Shown: positions 63,451 to 64,000 of the stretch, one piece after another
How positions within the stretch are numbered: the stretch's first letter is position 1
Layout: every line of letters starts with the position of its first letter
Origin: Eledone cirrhosa
Lineage: Eukaryota
Reading direction: 5' to 3'
DNA: 64,000 nt
Assembly (NCBI GenBank): GCA_964016885.1
Contig: OZ024741.1
Span: forward strand, 129,518,001 to 129,582,000
Made by a program: the position numbers and the translations under genes
The notes under the pieces: model-generated
The model's database searches: none
Told to the model about the DNA's origin: nothing
The model's input: the letters and a program-made list of their open reading frames with translations, nothing else

Positions 63451-63822
63451 GTGTGACTGACAGAAGTCATTCAAGTTTATATATAGATGTTTCTGTTTAT
63501 TTTTCAGGGAATGTAAATTATTTCTGTGAACACATGGACATATCAATAAGAAGAACCTCAATGGCTGGGATGTTTTGATTTAAATGGTCTCATGGTTGAG
63601 ATGAATCAAGTAACATAATGGTTTCAATGGTTGGAGTATATTGATTTGAATAGTCTCTCTCTTTCTCTCTCCTCTCCCCCCCTCCTCTCTCTCTCTCTCT
63701 TTCTCTGAGTCTTGAATGTATCAAGTAATCTGGGATGATTGGAAATAAAGATAAAGATGTGTCAGTTTTAAAATTTGATATATATATATATGGACGTTAA
63801 ACGATGATGATGATGTATGTAA

Positions 63823-64000
63823 ACCGTATTTTTTGGAATGTAAGATGTACCGGAATATAGGACGCACTCTAAATTTAACATGAATGTCCAGGAAAAATAG
63901 AATTAAGGGGAATTAACGCTATTGAAATTTTAATCACTTTCAAATTTTGTAAAATCATGACTACTGGCATCCTCATCTAGTTTCAGAATCACTTGTGTCT
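63823..64000 (+). mobile_element. Probable pogo/Tc2-like DNA transposon end
   Basis: accgtattttttggaatgtaagatgtaccggaatataggacgcac resembles the CCGTATTT...TAAGACGCAC termini of this group; runs off the window. Confidence 0.45.

Overview
Eukaryotic, AT-rich, repeat-saturated DNA. The SINE families, RTE tails and microsatellite style suggest an octopus or other coleoid cephalopod (inference from repeat content only). One host gene is supported: a TRIM-NHL protein (RING, B-box-like, coiled coil, 6 NHL repeats; nhl-1-like, ~1021 aa) in two coding exons (49990-52620 and 61479-61913) around an 8.9-kb intron. The rest is transposon debris: tRNA-derived Meta-type and CORE-type SINEs, CR1, RTE, Tx1/L1 and R4/Dong LINE fragments, a 5'-truncated Penelope-like element with an inverted pLTR, two DD37D (maT) Tc1/mariner derivatives, a hAT remnant and hAT MITEs, TTAA MITEs, a non-autonomous Helitron, and micro/minisatellites. 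The most interesting layer is not visible in the ORF track. Hammerhead-ribozyme (HHR) motifs of several unrelated sequence families occur here, most inside ORF-less fold-back elements embedded in (TA)n. One family shows compensatory stem II changes between copies. In another, a 16 x 48-bp tandem array has unit boundaries exactly at the predicted GUA cleavage site. All RNA structures were folded by eye, and none has been tested computationally or experimentally.
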